Source: Octopus sinensis (taxonomy: Eukaryota). Taken from it: a stretch of 64,000 nucleotides of DNA. The stretch's first letter is position 1; each line of letters begins with the position of its first letter. This document shows positions 24,903-38,451 of this stretch, one piece after another. The position numbers and the translations under genes were made by a program. The stretch is from positions 7,502,001 through 7,566,000 of the forward strand of contig NC_043004.1 of NCBI RefSeq assembly GCF_006345805.1, written 5' to 3'. Below the pieces are notes generated by a model. That model did no database searches. It saw only the letters and a list, made by a program, of their open reading frames with translations, and had not been told where the DNA came from.

Positions 24903-26682
24903 TAGGGTTAGGCTAATTGTTTTTCATGAGTATTTTAACTTTATTCAGTCCTACTAAGGCATCCTTTATTGAGCATCGTCATCGTCATCATTTTAATATT
25001 TGCTGATGTGGAATGGACATGATGTATCAATGGAACCTCACTCCTTTTGGTAGAAATGGCAGACAAATCTCCTTTGAATTACACCTCACCCCACTTAAAA
25101 GTTGAAGGACACATTGGATAATAGTGTTCTGTATCTAACCTGGGTATTTAATTGTTAAAATTCTCAATCAAGGTTGACCTGAAACTAAATGGCAACTGTT
25201 TCTTTTGACCCTGTGTCACAGCACTTTTCCACCCAGCACTTATCATCCGGTCACATTACAGGATTAAGCTAATAGATCAGCTCCTGATTATGTGCACCAG
25301 TTAATATCTATAAAACGCATACGCTGTGGTAGGTCCATAACTTTTAAGATTCATATGCAAAAGAAACTGAAATGAAACACAACATTGAAAAGAAAAAAAT
25401 TAATTCATTATAAAATGCTGTTGTTGTTATTGTGCAAAGTTGTTTTTTTTTACCCCATGGTGCCTATTCACAACTAAATGAACAATGGCTACAGTATTGC
25501 CTGGTCCCCTGCCAATTTGGCCTCTCGTCCATATTCCTATTCTTTCTGCTACATTTATAACCAAACATTCATCTCCAAGACTACAGCTTATCTTTGACCA
25601 GGTTTTGCTTTTCTCCATTTTTTGATAAATTTGTTGTTCTTTTGTCTTGAGATTACTTGATTGTCTGGTCTCAGATTCTGGTTTGGCTCTTATCTTTATA
25701 TCATTGTGTCTTTAATTCATATTTACATTCTCACAGAAGGTGCAGGCTTTTGCCAATTTGGATATTTACCAGGATTCTTTGAACAAAGACTTTTTTTTTT
25801 TTAGAGTTAAAAAAAAAAACATGCTTGATGCCAACAAGCCACATAACTTTAAAGTAAGAACAAATGTATTTTGCTATGGATTGAGGAAACGGTACAGAAT
25901 CGAGTTCTTTTACACTGTTTGGTGTCTGTGGCTTTCTACTTGGAATCTAAGCACACCTTTAAGATCTGAAGGTAGTTTCAGTTGATTGAGTCCTGGACAG
26001 CTTGGATCTATTCAGTTTCGCTCACAGATTAAAAAAAATTTTTTTTTTAACTAAACAATTTGAAACTTCGTACACTGGTGTAATTTCTCATACTCAACAC
26101 GATTTACTTTCGGTTCATGTTTTAGAAGTTATTTCATGTTAAAGTTGTCATATTTGGGTAATTTTAACCAATCAACAATATGTGTTCAGTTGAAGAAAGT
26201 TACTACTGTTTGTGATAGTAATCGAAGGGGAATGATTTCTGGGTCATCTCTACTGTTCTATTCATATGCCAAATGAAGAGTGAAGGGAAAGTGTTGCTTC
26301 TTGGTCATAGCTGACACAAAAGAGAAGCTTTCGGCCGCAAGAAAGACGATGCCACCTTTATCCTTTCTTCCTTTCTAGTCAGCACCATGCATTCCTTACT
26401 CTTTCCCTCTCTGCTCTCAGTTAATCCATTTCTTTTATTGCAAGATTCTCAATTTTAATATTTCTTCCCTATTTCTTTGAAATTCAGGTTTTATTATTTG
26501 TAGTTCCTTCCAGAAATTTCAGCTTTTTAAGTGTGTGTGTGTGTTATACCTTTTAAAATATTGTTTTATGATATTGATTGAAAGAGAGTCTAATGAGCAG
26601 TCTGCCAGTGAATCAACTGGTTTCACAAGAACTCTTCTTCCATTTTTCATTTCATTTTCAACTTCTTTTTACTTATTTTCAG

Positions 26683-26757
26683 GTGAGTTTAATAATATTC
26701 GATTTGCTGCCTACCGAACTGCAATGAAGTTACGATACCTGCAGCAGAAACTGAATT
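26683..26757 (+). CDS. Dystrophin-family exon (SEFNNIRFAAYRTAMKLRYLQQKLNL)
   Basis: Near-identical to dystrophin LNNVRFSAYRTAMKLR; tttcag/gtaagt; 75 nt, phase 1 to 1. Confidence 0.97.
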
Positions 26758-26836
26758 GTAAGTAACACATCATATATGTATACACACACACACACTCACA
26801 GAGAATTATCCAGTAAAACGGTGTATTATATTCATA

Positions 26837-27232
26837 CTAGCAGTATCGCCTGGCGTTGCTCGGGCTTGTTTCGACCCTTTAGAATTGGAATTTTTAAAAA
26901 GTAAAAATTTTGCATTATGTAGCTTGTTATTCTCTTTAAGTGAACATTTTTCAGGTTGAAATACACCGAAAAATGGCAACACAGCAGTAAAAAAATCGTA
27001 AAAAATAGGGATTTTCATATAAAAAAAAAAGCACCTTTTTTATGTAAATAATTTTTGGTGTTAACATGGTCTGATTTGAATTTTATCTTCTACGGAATGA
27101 AGAGCAAGCCTTCTTCTATCATACTCTCAATTTTGGTCAACTTGTGACTCAGGGTCTCGGAGGAGATAGTGTTAGTTGAAGGCTACCAAACCTGCCATAC
27201 ACAGACAACTTCAGCTTTATATGATATAGAGA
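26837..27232 (-). mobile_element. Non-autonomous Helitron, second copy
   Basis: Colinear with 17975-18378; same TC...hairpin-CTAG termini. Confidence 0.8.
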
Positions 27233-28019
27233 TTTACACACAGCTCTAGTTATGTATATTCTCTCTTCTTCACTCTTTCCTCCTTTTCTTTTCTTTTCCT
27301 TTTTTTTATTTCCTTTTATAAATTCTGCTTTGTGTTTCTACTTCCTCATATCCTCCTCCCTTTTTCATTACTATGTGTTTCTCTCCTCTCTTTGTTTATT
27401 CTCCTTTCTCTCTCTCCTTTTTACATCCCATGCTCTCATCCTCTCTCTCTCTCTTCATATTTTTCATCCACTTCCACTCTCCTGTTCCAAGACAATTTCT
27501 TCCTTATTATTTCACATTACGTTTCTGTCATTAACAACACTCTCAGCTTTATCTTCATCAGCAAAATAGAAATGAAATTAATGCAGGCTTTTACAATCTT
27601 AGTCAACGGTGCCTTTCATCACTCATCTTGAATTAATTAGATTTATTTAGCAAATGCTTCAACTACATTATCGAAACGGATTTGTTTTTGTTTTTTGTTT
27701 TTTTCTGGTGGAGAGGGTTAAATGGGTGTATCGCATTTTAAGCTTGTTATCAGGGCCAAGAAGAGTGGAGATTCCATCAGTACATCAGCCCCAAACAGAC
27801 AAAGAGGGGCCTAGGAATTTCTAATGGGCCCCCTTAGGACTCTCCTGGGGCTTGAAAGTCACCGTTTTTTGCCTTGTACTGTTTCTTTTGGAGGATCCAC
27901 TTGTATTTTTTTCTCTCTCTTGTCTTCTTGTATGTATGCTTATCCATATGTACTGAACATATATGTGTGTGTGTGTATGTATGTGTGTGTGTATGCATGT
28001 GTGTGTGTATGTATACACT

Positions 28020-28218
28020 GTGCCGGTAACACATAAGAAGCACCCACTACACTCACGGAGTGGTTGGCGTTAGGAAGGGCATCCAGCTGTAGAAACACTG
28101 CCAGATCAGATTGGGGCTTGGTGCAGCCTCCTGGCTTCCTAGACCCCGGTCGAACCGGCCAACCCATGCGAGCATGGAAAGCGGACGTTAAACGATGATG
28201 ATGGTAATGATGATGATA
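28020..28218 (+). mobile_element. Family A retroposon
   Basis: Same motifs ending (atg)n. Confidence 0.88.
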
Positions 28219-28884
28219 TCCATCTGTATATACATAAACAAACAGTTATATTATGCTAAACCCCTCATTCACAAACGAGTATGAGCTGGTGGTAGCTTGT
28301 GGTACACTTTTGTCAATTGTTTTAAGTCTCAAAAGAATTATGAGCAAACACTGACAGACTCTCAGCCTTGCCACCCAATATGACATTGAGGATTTGAATG
28401 GTGAAAGCAGAAAGAGCTGCCCCAGCAAATGACTGGTACACATCTTCAGATGAATAAACTAAAGCAACACGAAATGAAGTGCCTTGCTCAAGGATGTAAT
28501 GTGTAATCTGGTCTAAGACTCAAACTCATTACCTTTTTGTTGTGACCCCAACTCTCTAACCTTGGGTCAAATGCCTTTATAGATATTTCTCTCAAAAGCA
28601 GATCATCATCATCATCATTTTTACATCCATACTTGCTTGCGGGGGTTGGGGGTGACGTCCAGATACTTTTCTTGCTATGAACCCTTGTTTGTTTGCAAGC
28701 ATGGAGATGTTTCCCCATCACCAGACAGGTTTTCAAATCCAGTCACAAGGCTTTGGTCGATCTGTGATTGGTCAAAGACACTCGCATAAGGTGCCACACA
28801 GTGGACAAATATCTTCTACTATAGCCTCACACATATATATATATATATATGTATGTATGTGTGTGTATATATAGATAGTTGTAG

Positions 28885-29270
28885 ATTCTTTTATTGTTTT
28901 ACTTGTTTCAGTCATTTGGTTATGGCCATGCTGGAGCACAGCTTTTAGTCAAGCAAATAAACACCAGGACTTATTTTTTGTAAGCCTAGTACTTACTCTA
29001 TTGGTCTTTTTTGCCAAGCCACTAAGTTATGGGGATGTAATCACACCAATATCAGTTGTCAAGTGATAGCAGAGGGACAAACACATACATACATACATAC
29101 ACACACATACATATGACAGGCTTCTTTAAGTTTCCATCTACCAAATATACTCACAAGGTTCTGGTTGGCCCAAGGCTGTAGTAGAAGACACTTACCCAAG
29201 GTGCACATAGTAGGACTGAATCCGGAACCATGTGGTTGGTAAGCAAGCTTCTTACCACATAGCCATCCTG
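28885..29270 (-). mobile_element. tRNA-headed SINE, family B
   Basis: Full head, core and tail on minus strand. Confidence 0.85.
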
Positions 29271-29653
29271 TGTCAAAGGTTCTTTCCAAGTCATAGGCTC
29301 GTAAGGCCAGTTTTCTGGGATTCTGTAGTGTATACATCCACCCCCCTGGATAGGATGCCAGTCCTTTGCAGGATCACTCACCTTCACCAGCTGAGTGGGC
29401 AGCATCAACAAGAAATGAAGTGTTTTGCTCAAGAACACAATGCATTGCTCAGTCCAGGGATTGAAACCACAGTCTTACAATCATGAGTCCAGCACCCTAA
29501 CCACTAAGCCACATGCCTCCACACATTCACATTCACACATACAGGTGTACAAAGTGTTGCACAGCAACCAGTTCCATAATTAGATAATGTGTTGTAGTCA
29601 TTAATATACTGGAAACACCGAAGCCCTCCACCCTCTGCATGCTTGAGGGAAAT

Positions 29654-29836
29654 CATCATCATCGTTTAACGTCCGCTTTCCATGCTAGCATGGGTTGGAC
29701 GGTTTTGACTGAGGGCTGGCGAACCAGATGGCTGCACCGGGCTCCAATCTTGATCTGGCAGAGTTTCTACAGTTGGATGCCCTTCCTAACGCCAACCACT
29801 CCGCGAGTATAGTGGGTGCTTTTTACGTACCACCGG
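29654..29836 (-). mobile_element. Family A retroposon
   Basis: (cat)n-gtttaacgtccgctttccatgctagc... Confidence 0.88.
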
Positions 29837-30461
29837 GATAGAATAAATTTAGGAATATTATGGCCTTCATTGGTCAGGCTTGAGCATAGACTTCCCTTAC
29901 CTGTAGGGGCCTGGGCAAGGTTTGTGGAAAACTAAAGTCTCTCTTACATGGAAGTCTACCCACTCTGGGGACACTAAAGCTGTTGAAGAAGAGGAGCCAG
30001 TACAGATTGTCACCAGTGTTGTTGTAGTTGTTGCTGTTAGAAAGCAAAGAACACATACAGTGCCACCATTCCACTCTGCTCTATTTTAGTTCTGGAAAAA
30101 ATTTACGATGACGATATATAAATATACTCATGCATGCGTGTGTACATGTGTGTATATATTATTCCTTTGAAACTTTTGCATGGTAGGAAAGTGTATAAAA
30201 AAATCCGTACCTGTTGTGTTTTGTTATTTACATCACAAAAAAATATCATGTGGAGCTCTTGGGATTTTTTTTAATGTTGTTTTGTAAAATTGGCAAAATT
30301 TCTTTCTCACCTTGGTATCAGGTTATTGCTTCAGGTATTTGCAACTTGTGGAACTAAATAAACATTTCATAATTATAAAGAATAACACCAAAACTTGTAC
30401 GACTAATACACACACACACACACATTCTGTCTGTCTTTCTCTCTCTCTCACTCTCTCTCTC

Positions 30462-30502
<41 letters not shown>

Positions 30503-31121
30503 GGTTTGTAAGTAAGATGGATATCTATCATAAACAATAGTGAAATAAGTTAGAAATAAGTAATGATATCAAGTTTGCAAACATCTTGTCTTTAAGTTCA
30601 AATCTCACTGGGGCATGGTTTTGCTTTATGTCCTTTAAGGGGTTTAAGAAAATAGATGTATCAATTATCTAAATATGCTCTAAGATCGAATCAATTTGCT
30701 GATCCCCACTGAAGTATTTTTCTGTGAGTTTGTGTCCTGGGGACAAAACCAACCTCGTAGAGCCTGCCCCTTTTCAGGCTTCTTGACAATTGTTCAAATT
30801 TGAAAAATATGTGGATTAAAACAACTTAATTATTGCAAATAATTTTTTGATGAGAAAAAATAAATCCAGTCTTGCAAACTAACAAAAGACATTTATTAAT
30901 TCTATAATACTCAACTATTTACAGATTCTATGATTCATAGCATGGCACCAGTGACAGATAACAAAACTCCATTCTCTTGACGGTTTGTCAAGACACACTA
31001 TTGACTTGGCAATCTACGCTTTCAATAAATCTACATATATACACCTACGTATACCATGTGTATAATATAAAACTTATCCTGCTTCTTAATATACCATATT
31101 TCTTTGATTATTTTCTCTAAG

Positions 31122-31326
31122 TGGACTTGGTGCCTATCGACAAAGTTCGCAGTGTCTTCAAACAGCATGGATGTCCACAAGGTGAAGACCCCTTACTGAA
31201 CTGCCATGACCTCAATGAAATTCTACGAGACCTTTTTGCTGACTGCCAACATCCAAGATTAGACAAAACCACAAATATACGCTCATCCGATCTCATTCAG
31301 AATTTCATATTAAATTTATACGACAG
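31122..31326 (+). CDS. Dystrophin-family exon, EF-hand region (LDLVPIDKVRSVFKQHG...NFILNLYDR)
   Basis: ORF-track peptide 31121; ctaag acceptor, gtaagt donor; 205 nt, phase 1 to 2; LNLYD matches dystrophin LNVYD. Confidence 0.93.
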
Positions 31327-31631
31327 GTAAGTAATGGAATAATGATTGTCACTTTGATTTCATTTATTTGGTTACAAATAATTTTGAGGGCTTTTTGTTT
31401 TGTTTTTTTTATAGTCAAATGATGACTTTCCATTGTATGAGTATTTCTCTGAGACAGAAGGAACGATTAGAAGAATTTAAAATGTTTAATACTTTGTCTG
31501 TTTGAACTGTTACCAATTAATACCAAAAGAGGTGCCAGATGTTCAGAATTTCTGGACTGTTGACCTCATCTATTGCGTTTCACTCTTTTACAAATCATTT
31601 TAATCAATTCAGTCTTTGATTATTTTCAGGT

Positions 31632-31723
<92 letters not shown>

Positions 31724-32643
31724 GCTCTAATATCTATACAGCCTTGGTTTTTTTATCTCATTATGCAAAAAATTCTTATATACACACACTGACATAGAAC
31801 CAACATTGAACCCTTTATTCGCAATATTACTGAATCTGGAACTTAACTATGGTCTGTCTATAGCACTTATTCAGCATTACCTGACACCTTTGGGTCTCAA
31901 TGACACCATTATCTCTTTTATATATATATATATATAATCATTTTAATGTCCGCTTTTCCATGCTTGGATGAGTTGGCCTGAATTCATTGAGGCAGATTTT
32001 CTACAGTCAAATGCCCTTCCTCTTACCAGCCTGGGCCTGTTTTTACAACCATTATATGATGCCTGGACAAGGAGAACAAACACACACACACACACACGAT
32101 GGGTTTCTTTCAGTCTCCATTAGCCATATCCACTGACAAGGTTTTGGCCAGCTCAGGGCTGAAGCAGAAGCAGCTTGCCCAAGGTGCCACACTGAACTTA
32201 GGACCATGAGGCTGGAAAGCAAACTACTTAACTGTGCATCTTTGCCTGCAGCCACATGCACCTGTACTTATATGTGCAAACACATACTGACTCTCTGTCT
32301 CCCTCTCTCTCGCTTATCTCTCTCTATCTACCCCCCCCCCCCAATGATCTTATTGTGTACAGTTCTCAGGTAGCTCATCCCTGTGTTCTGTTTGAACTCC
32401 TAACCTTTATTTCGAATATACCATCTCATCACTCGTATCAGGTGTATATTTTGCAAGGTCTATGGAAACATTGACCTTCGTATAGAGCACCCCCTACACT
32501 ACACTACGCTGTGTGTATGTCATTCAAAACTTTAAAAAAAAAGAATTCAAAATGTCTACGAAAAGAAAATATAGAATGTATTTGATATGTTTTTAATTAT
32601 TTATTGCTATATAATGCTTCTTGCTTGCTTTTTATCTTTTTAG

Positions 32644-32729
32644 ACAAAGAAGAGGTGTAGTCCATGCTCTGTCTGTGAAAACTGCTCTTGCAGCGATGTG
32701 TGGTGGACAGCTTGGCGAGAAGTACAAAT
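32644..32729 (+). CDS. Dystrophin-family exon, EF-hand region (RQRRGVVHALSVKTALAAMCGGQLGEKYK)
   Basis: ttttag/gtatgt; 86 nt, phase 2 to 1; SxKxxL...C...L.EKY pattern of the dystrophin/dystrobrevin family. Confidence 0.93.
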
Positions 32730-32934
32730 GTATGTACACACACACACACATACACACACACACATAGCTTTCTTTTTCAGTAGAGTTACACGGAAAGCCC
32801 TTTATGAACAACTAAGAAAGTAATGGGCGACGTGCTACAAGAGAATGTAGTTTCCACATTGAAATTCCATGAATATTTTCAAGAATGATTTCTCTCTATT
32901 AAATAAGAACAATCACATCGCAACAGCATTTCTT

Positions 32935-33322
32935 TTATTCTTTTACTTGTTTCAATCATTTGACTGTGGCCATGCTGGAGCACCGCCTTTACCCGAACAA
33001 ATCACCCCCAGTACTTATTCTTCGTAAGCCTAGTACTTATTCTATCGGTCTCTTTTGCCGAAGTACTAAGTTACGGGAACATAAACACACCAACATCGGT
33101 TGTCAAGCGATGTTGTGGGGACAAACACATACACACACACACACACACACACATATACGACGGGCTTCTTTCAGTTTCCGTCTACTAAATCCACTCACAA
33201 GGCTTTGGTTGGCCTGAGGCTATAGCAGAAGGCACTTGCCCAAGGTACCACACAGTGGGATAGAACCCAGAACCATGTGATTGGTAAGCAAGCTACTTAC
33301 CACACAGCCACTCCCACACCTA
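32935..33322 (-). mobile_element. tRNA-headed SINE, family B
   Basis: Full head, core and tail on minus strand. Confidence 0.88.
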
Positions 33323-33869
33323 TGAAGCTTTAATATATAAGTTTTTGTTTTTAATTAATTTTTGGCAACAAGCCTCTCTTGTTAGTTTGTTAGTTGTGTC
33401 TTGTATTTAACATAAACTACAATGAATTTGTTGTAAACATTTTGCATGATACGTAATCACTGTAACTGTAAAGTTAGGGTTAATGTATTTTTTAATGCAG
33501 CAAAACAGAAGCTGAAGAAGGCCAAGTTAGTCATCAAGCGATATTATTTTGGATTATCTCAGTATGTGAGGCAACTATAAAGAAATGTTGGTCTTATCTC
33601 TTCAGTGAAGCAAGCATTACGCCATTCTTACCAAAATAGCAATGAGAGAATCACTATTCAAGTCTGTACACTTGTTGATGTAGAACAATAGATAAGTTCT
33701 GAGTAGAAGAAGTAACTCTTTGATGCCATCTGAAGGAGAAACCAAAATTTGGTTTTAATATATTCAGTGCGGGGAATATCAAAAAGAAAAAATCTAACAA
33801 GAAAAAAAATAATATTAGAATTGTAATTTAATTGAAAAAATAAATTGCTGTGTTTCTTTGATCTTTCAG

Positions 33870-33949
33870 ATTTTTATGAAGAAATCAGTGATCCGAGCAC
33901 CTTTATTGACTGCAGTGTGCTGTCCAGTTTTCTTGTGGCTCTCATGCGG
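33870..33949 (+). CDS. Dystrophin-family exon (YFYEEISDPSTFIDCSVLSSFLVALMR)
   Basis: tttcag/gtgagt; 80 nt, phase 1 to 0; frame-continuous with neighbours. Confidence 0.88.
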
Positions 33950-34259
33950 GTGAGTTGAGGAGCAAGAATTGAGGTTTTTTGTGATAGCTGTCAGCCTTAA
34001 TGATTTATAATGTCTCTTTTCTATTACACTGCATCATCATCATCACCATCACCATTGTCATCATCATCATCTGATCTCTCAATATTTCATATTATTTAGC
34101 AGTATTTCTATTCAAAAATAAGCTTGGAATCTTCTAAGATTCCTTGTAAATTTCTATAATTGTTTGTAAATCTTTAAAAAATTGTCAAATCCTATTTTTT
34201 CGTCATTAATGATGGTAAATTAATTCCAATCCGTTTCTTTATTAAAATCTGTCTTATAG

Positions 34260-34337
34260 ATTCCTGATTTAATTCATGAAGGAATGGCATATGGCGGTTT
34301 AAACTCAACTCCTGCTTTAGAAAGTTGTCTTCAAATG
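34260..34337 (+). CDS. Dystrophin-family exon (IPDLIHEGMAYGGLNSTPALESCLQM)
   Basis: ttatag/gtaaag; 78 nt, phase 0 to 0; resembles dystrophin [24 protein letters not shown]. Confidence 0.9.
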
Positions 34338-34451
34338 GTAAAGATGCTTTCATGTTTTTATAATTTCTCTTTGAATTCAGTTTTATTACTCTTTTATGTT
34401 CTGATATTCTGTTATTTACAAACGCATACATCAAGCATATGTGAATTACTA

Positions 34452-34805
34452 CGGCACTCCGTCGGTTACGACGACGAGGGTTCCAGTTGATCCGATCAAC
34501 GGAATTAACATGCAAATGGCTGAGCACTCCACAGACACATGTACCCTTAACGTAGTTCTCGGGGAGATTCAGTGTCACACAGAGTGTGACAAGGCTGGCC
34601 CCTTTGAAATACAGGTACAAGAGAAACAGGAAGAAAGAGTGAGAGAAAGTTGTGAAAGGGTACAGCAGGGTTTGCCACCAACCCACTGCCGGAGCCTCAT
34701 GGAGCTTTAGGTGTTTTTGCTCAATAAACGCTTGGTCTGGGAATCGAAACTACAATCCTACGGCCATGAGTCCGCTGCCCTAACCACTGGGCCATTGCGC
34801 TTCCA
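34452..34805 (-). mobile_element. tRNA-headed SINE, family D
   Basis: Colinear with 23010-23395. Confidence 0.85.
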
Positions 34806-35409
34806 CATGTGTGAATACATCCATGAATGTGTATGTGTACACATGTACCAAGGTATATAATTAAAATTCTGGTAAGGAAGAGGATGGTTTGCAAGAAAGG
34901 AAATGATGTGCAGCAGTAAAGGATGGCTTCAAATTCTATTTATTTCCTTCTCTGTTTTGAAATCTTTGATGCCCGTTTATACACCTACATCAATACATCG
35001 ACTGGGAATTTGTATGTTTCTTTTTACACACTTTGCCTTTTTCCTTCTTGTGATATTTTTTTTTCCTCCTCCCTAATAACACTCTTCTCTTCTCTCTACC
35101 ATTTCCTTTGCTGCACCTCTTTTTCGTTTCTCTTCCTTTCAAACCATTTTAACCTATCCCTTACATTTCTTCCCTCTGGGCTCCAGCCCACGGCTGTTGT
35201 CACTGAATCATTCTCTCATTCCTATTTTATACATTTCTCTCCATCCAGTTTAAAATAAATACAAACCTTTTCAAGACCCTAATTTGGTGGCTCCCATCTT
35301 CACTATTTTGCTGTCATTAAGTCTTCTAATTCAGTTGCGATAAGCATGACCCTAATCAACAGCAGCAGCAGGGAAATGGCAGTCAGCTCCCATCTTCACC
35401 CTTTTTTCA

Positions 35410-35785
35410 TACCAATATAATAAAAAAAAAATCCACTGAAGCATGTGAAGGCGCATAGCTCAGTGGTTAAAGTGTCAGGCTCACAGTCATGAGGTAGTGA
35501 GTTTGATTCTCCAACTGGGATGTGTTGTGTTCTTGAGCAAGGAAACTTTATTTCACATTACTCCAGTTCACTCATCTGTAGAAATGAGTTGTGACATCAC
35601 TGGTGCCAAGCTCGACCCCTTTGCTTTAATCTTGGATAACATCAGTGGTATGGAGAGGGGAGACTGGTATGCATGGGCGACTGCTGATATTCTATGAACA
35701 ACTTAACCCAGACCTGTGCCTCGGAGGAGAACTTTGTAGGTGCAATCCGATGGTCATTCATGACCGAAAGTGGGGTCTTTACCCT
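35410..35785 (+). mobile_element. tRNA-headed CORE-like SINE, family E
   Basis: ggcgcatagctcagtggttaaag head, gttcttgagcaagg core; related minus-strand heads at about 8085-8282 and 29320-29522. Confidence 0.7.
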
Positions 35786-37292
35786 TTTATGATAATAATT
35801 CCCAGTCAATTAATTGGGATGACATCCTTCTCCCAAACTCTAATTACTTTAAACTGGCAATGTTAAAAAGTTGTTTATCAAGAGATGTCTGTGTACGTCA
35901 CTTCACTGGTCAGCTAATGTCTATCATGCCTTGTCTGACCAGATTTTTGTAGAAGGGACAGATTCCATTGTCAGGTGATCCCTCTACTGTCCTATCCATT
36001 CCAGGAAGGGCCTTGGGATGCTGTCCTTGGTGATGTGTAGGCATGTGTTGTTGTTGGCACATTCACAAAGATTGTTGGAAAGGGATAACAACGAACAGAC
36101 ACAGTTGCTAGTCATGTGATGCAGCGTCCCCTTAGCTTGTCCTGTCTCTTTGGCTGCAGTCCTGCTTCAAGTGCAAACCAGGGCATTTGGAATGCTGCCA
36201 GGCACTCACTGCACTCTACCAACTGGACAATGCTGTCAGTGCAATGTCACCCCTAACATTCTGTAGAAAGTGGAGAGAATGAAAGATGATGGCCTGAGAA
36301 TGATTCTGAGCATTGACAAAGTCAACCTGAGTCATCTTTTCTGGAAAGCTTTCAGATCAGAATTATGAACAGTTGGCAGTGCCACAAGAGAAGGGATTTG
36401 CCTGTTTGGAATAAATTCTATCTGTATGGTCATTTGGAGCTACTAATAACTGAACCTGTCTGAAATATTTGCAAGGTGAGGAAGTTGTCTCACACTTGTT
36501 CAGTGTTCTTAGATTGTTGACTTGTAGGTTTTATGTCAAACAGCTATCATCATCACATGTGGCGCAGACCTGGTCATCAATGGCAAATAGCTTTTCTTCT
36601 TCTGTTTTGTGTGTAATTAGGAAAGAAGTTACGTGGTAGGCATGTTTGAAAGCTTTGAGAACAGCTTTCCTTCTCCGGTTAAGGCCTTACCAACTTCTTT
36701 GTGTAGAAGGCAAAGTCAGAGAGATAGAAAGAGAGACATGTTGCCTCCCAGTAAATTTTATGAAAAGTAAGCAGGAATAGCAAAACTATGACTAAATGGG
36801 CCAACGAAAACTGTAAGAGGCCACTTAGCTTTGGTGTGGAAAGGAAATTTGGGTGCCTTGAATTGACTGATTGTATTTGCCTCTTCATCTTGTTCTTATT
36901 ATGTATTTATTAATTTGTCTTTATTTTTATAATTGATCTCTCACCTTTTTTATTCAGTGTAAATCTTCCACTGTTTCTTGTTTGTATTTAGCCTTTGCCC
37001 TCTCCCAGCATCTTGGGCCTTTCTGGCCAGTAAAAAAAATCACCACCACCACCACCACATGTCGTTATTATTATTAGACAATGGATTGGCAGATGGCTAT
37101 GTGGTATTTGTTCTGATTGTTTGTATTCTTAGTTCAAATTCTGCTGCTGTTAACTTTGCTTTTATCCATTGGGGGCGGAGGGATAACGTACCACTCACCT
37201 ACCAGGGTCAATAGTATTGGCTAATCCCCTCCCCTCTCGATTACAGTCTTTGCCTGCCTAAATCCGAATCCAATATTGTTATTATTATTCAG

Positions 37293-37404
37293 AGTGATTG
37301 TAAATATGGTATTTCTGAAGACATGTTCTATGCCTGGCTTTACAAAGAACCCCAAACATTGGTCTGGTTACCAACCCTTCACAGAATTGTCACTACAGAA
37401 TCTG
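37293..37404 (+). CDS. Dystrophin-family exon (SDCKYGISEDMFYAWLYKEPQTLVWLPTLHRIVTTES)
   Basis: attcag/gtaaga; 112 nt, phase 0 to 1; EPQxxVWLPxLHR signature. Confidence 0.96.
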
Positions 37405-37524
37405 GTAAGATTTCTATCTGTCACCATTTATCTTAGCTTTTTTTTTTTTTAATCTTTAAGTAAGAAAGAAAAAAAATCAGTTGAAGAATTTCTTCACTTG
37501 CCGCTCTTTAATGTTTACCAGACA

Positions 37525-37730
37525 TACAGCAGCAAGCTGGCAGACTCATTAGCATACGGGACAAAGTGCTTTGTGGCATTTGGTCCCATCTTTACATTAT
37601 GAGTTCAAATGCTGCCAGGGTTGACTTTGCCTCTACTCTTTTTGGAGGGTCAATAAAAGAAGAACCAATTAAGCCCTGGGGTCAACTGCAATCAACTTAC
37701 TCCCTCCCCTCTTCCAAAATTTGAAACCAA
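37525..37730 (+). mobile_element. SINE family C, diverged
   Basis: Same head and core. Confidence 0.7.
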
Positions 37731-38396
37731 TCCTGATACCTAAATAGGGTATTGAGATAATCTTCAAATTTATATAATTTTATTGTCTACAAATCCCAGA
37801 CCAACCTCCTACACCTGGATATGTCTCCAACAATAATAACTCTTTGCTAGAGTGGGCCATGGTGTCCTATATAGGACTAAAAGACTTCACCAGGCGGTGC
37901 TATTAAGTTAGACATGGCCTGGGCCTATACTGGCCGAAACCCATCAAAGTTATACATACATATATATATATAATATTAGTATTAGGGAGTATAACTCCAA
38001 ACTTATAGTATTAAAAAATCTAGTATTAAAAAAATCTAATTTCACAATATAAATATATAAAATATGAATTAGAGAAAAACCACTATTGTGTAATTCAAAC
38101 AATGATAGACATAAACCAAATCATAAAGAAAATAGAATAAATTTTTGAAAACATATAACTAGATCACAAAAAGTACAAAAATGAATAAACAATATATAAT
38201 AAGTAATAAGTGCTATATATATATATATTGCTGTGTTAATTTTTTTGTATATTATATTATTACCCTGTCAACTTGTGGATAAAGTTTTCTCCATCAATCT
38301 TGGTGTTTAGATTTTTTTTTTCTTCTTCTTTATCTATATGTGCCATGTCAGTTTTACAAAAACAGTGAGTTGAGACATCTTTCTGTATTATTTCAG

Positions 38397-38451
38397 TTAA
38401 ACATGAAGTCAAATGTAGCATCTGCAAAGATTTCCCAATCATTGGATTCCG
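38397..38451 (+). CDS. Dystrophin-family exon, ZZ finger first part (VKHEVKCSICKDFPIIGFR)
   Basis: tttcag/gtaagt; 55 nt, phase 1 to 2; CxxC and PIIGFR. Confidence 0.96.

Noticed and set aside
26535-26682. In-frame upstream extension of exon 26683 as an N-terminus
   Set aside because: The extension is mostly the polypyrimidine tract of a strong acceptor; an open frame here can be chance
35940-36700. Possible decayed LINE
   Set aside because: Non-repetitive composition suggests an old element but no convincing RT or endonuclease motif was read
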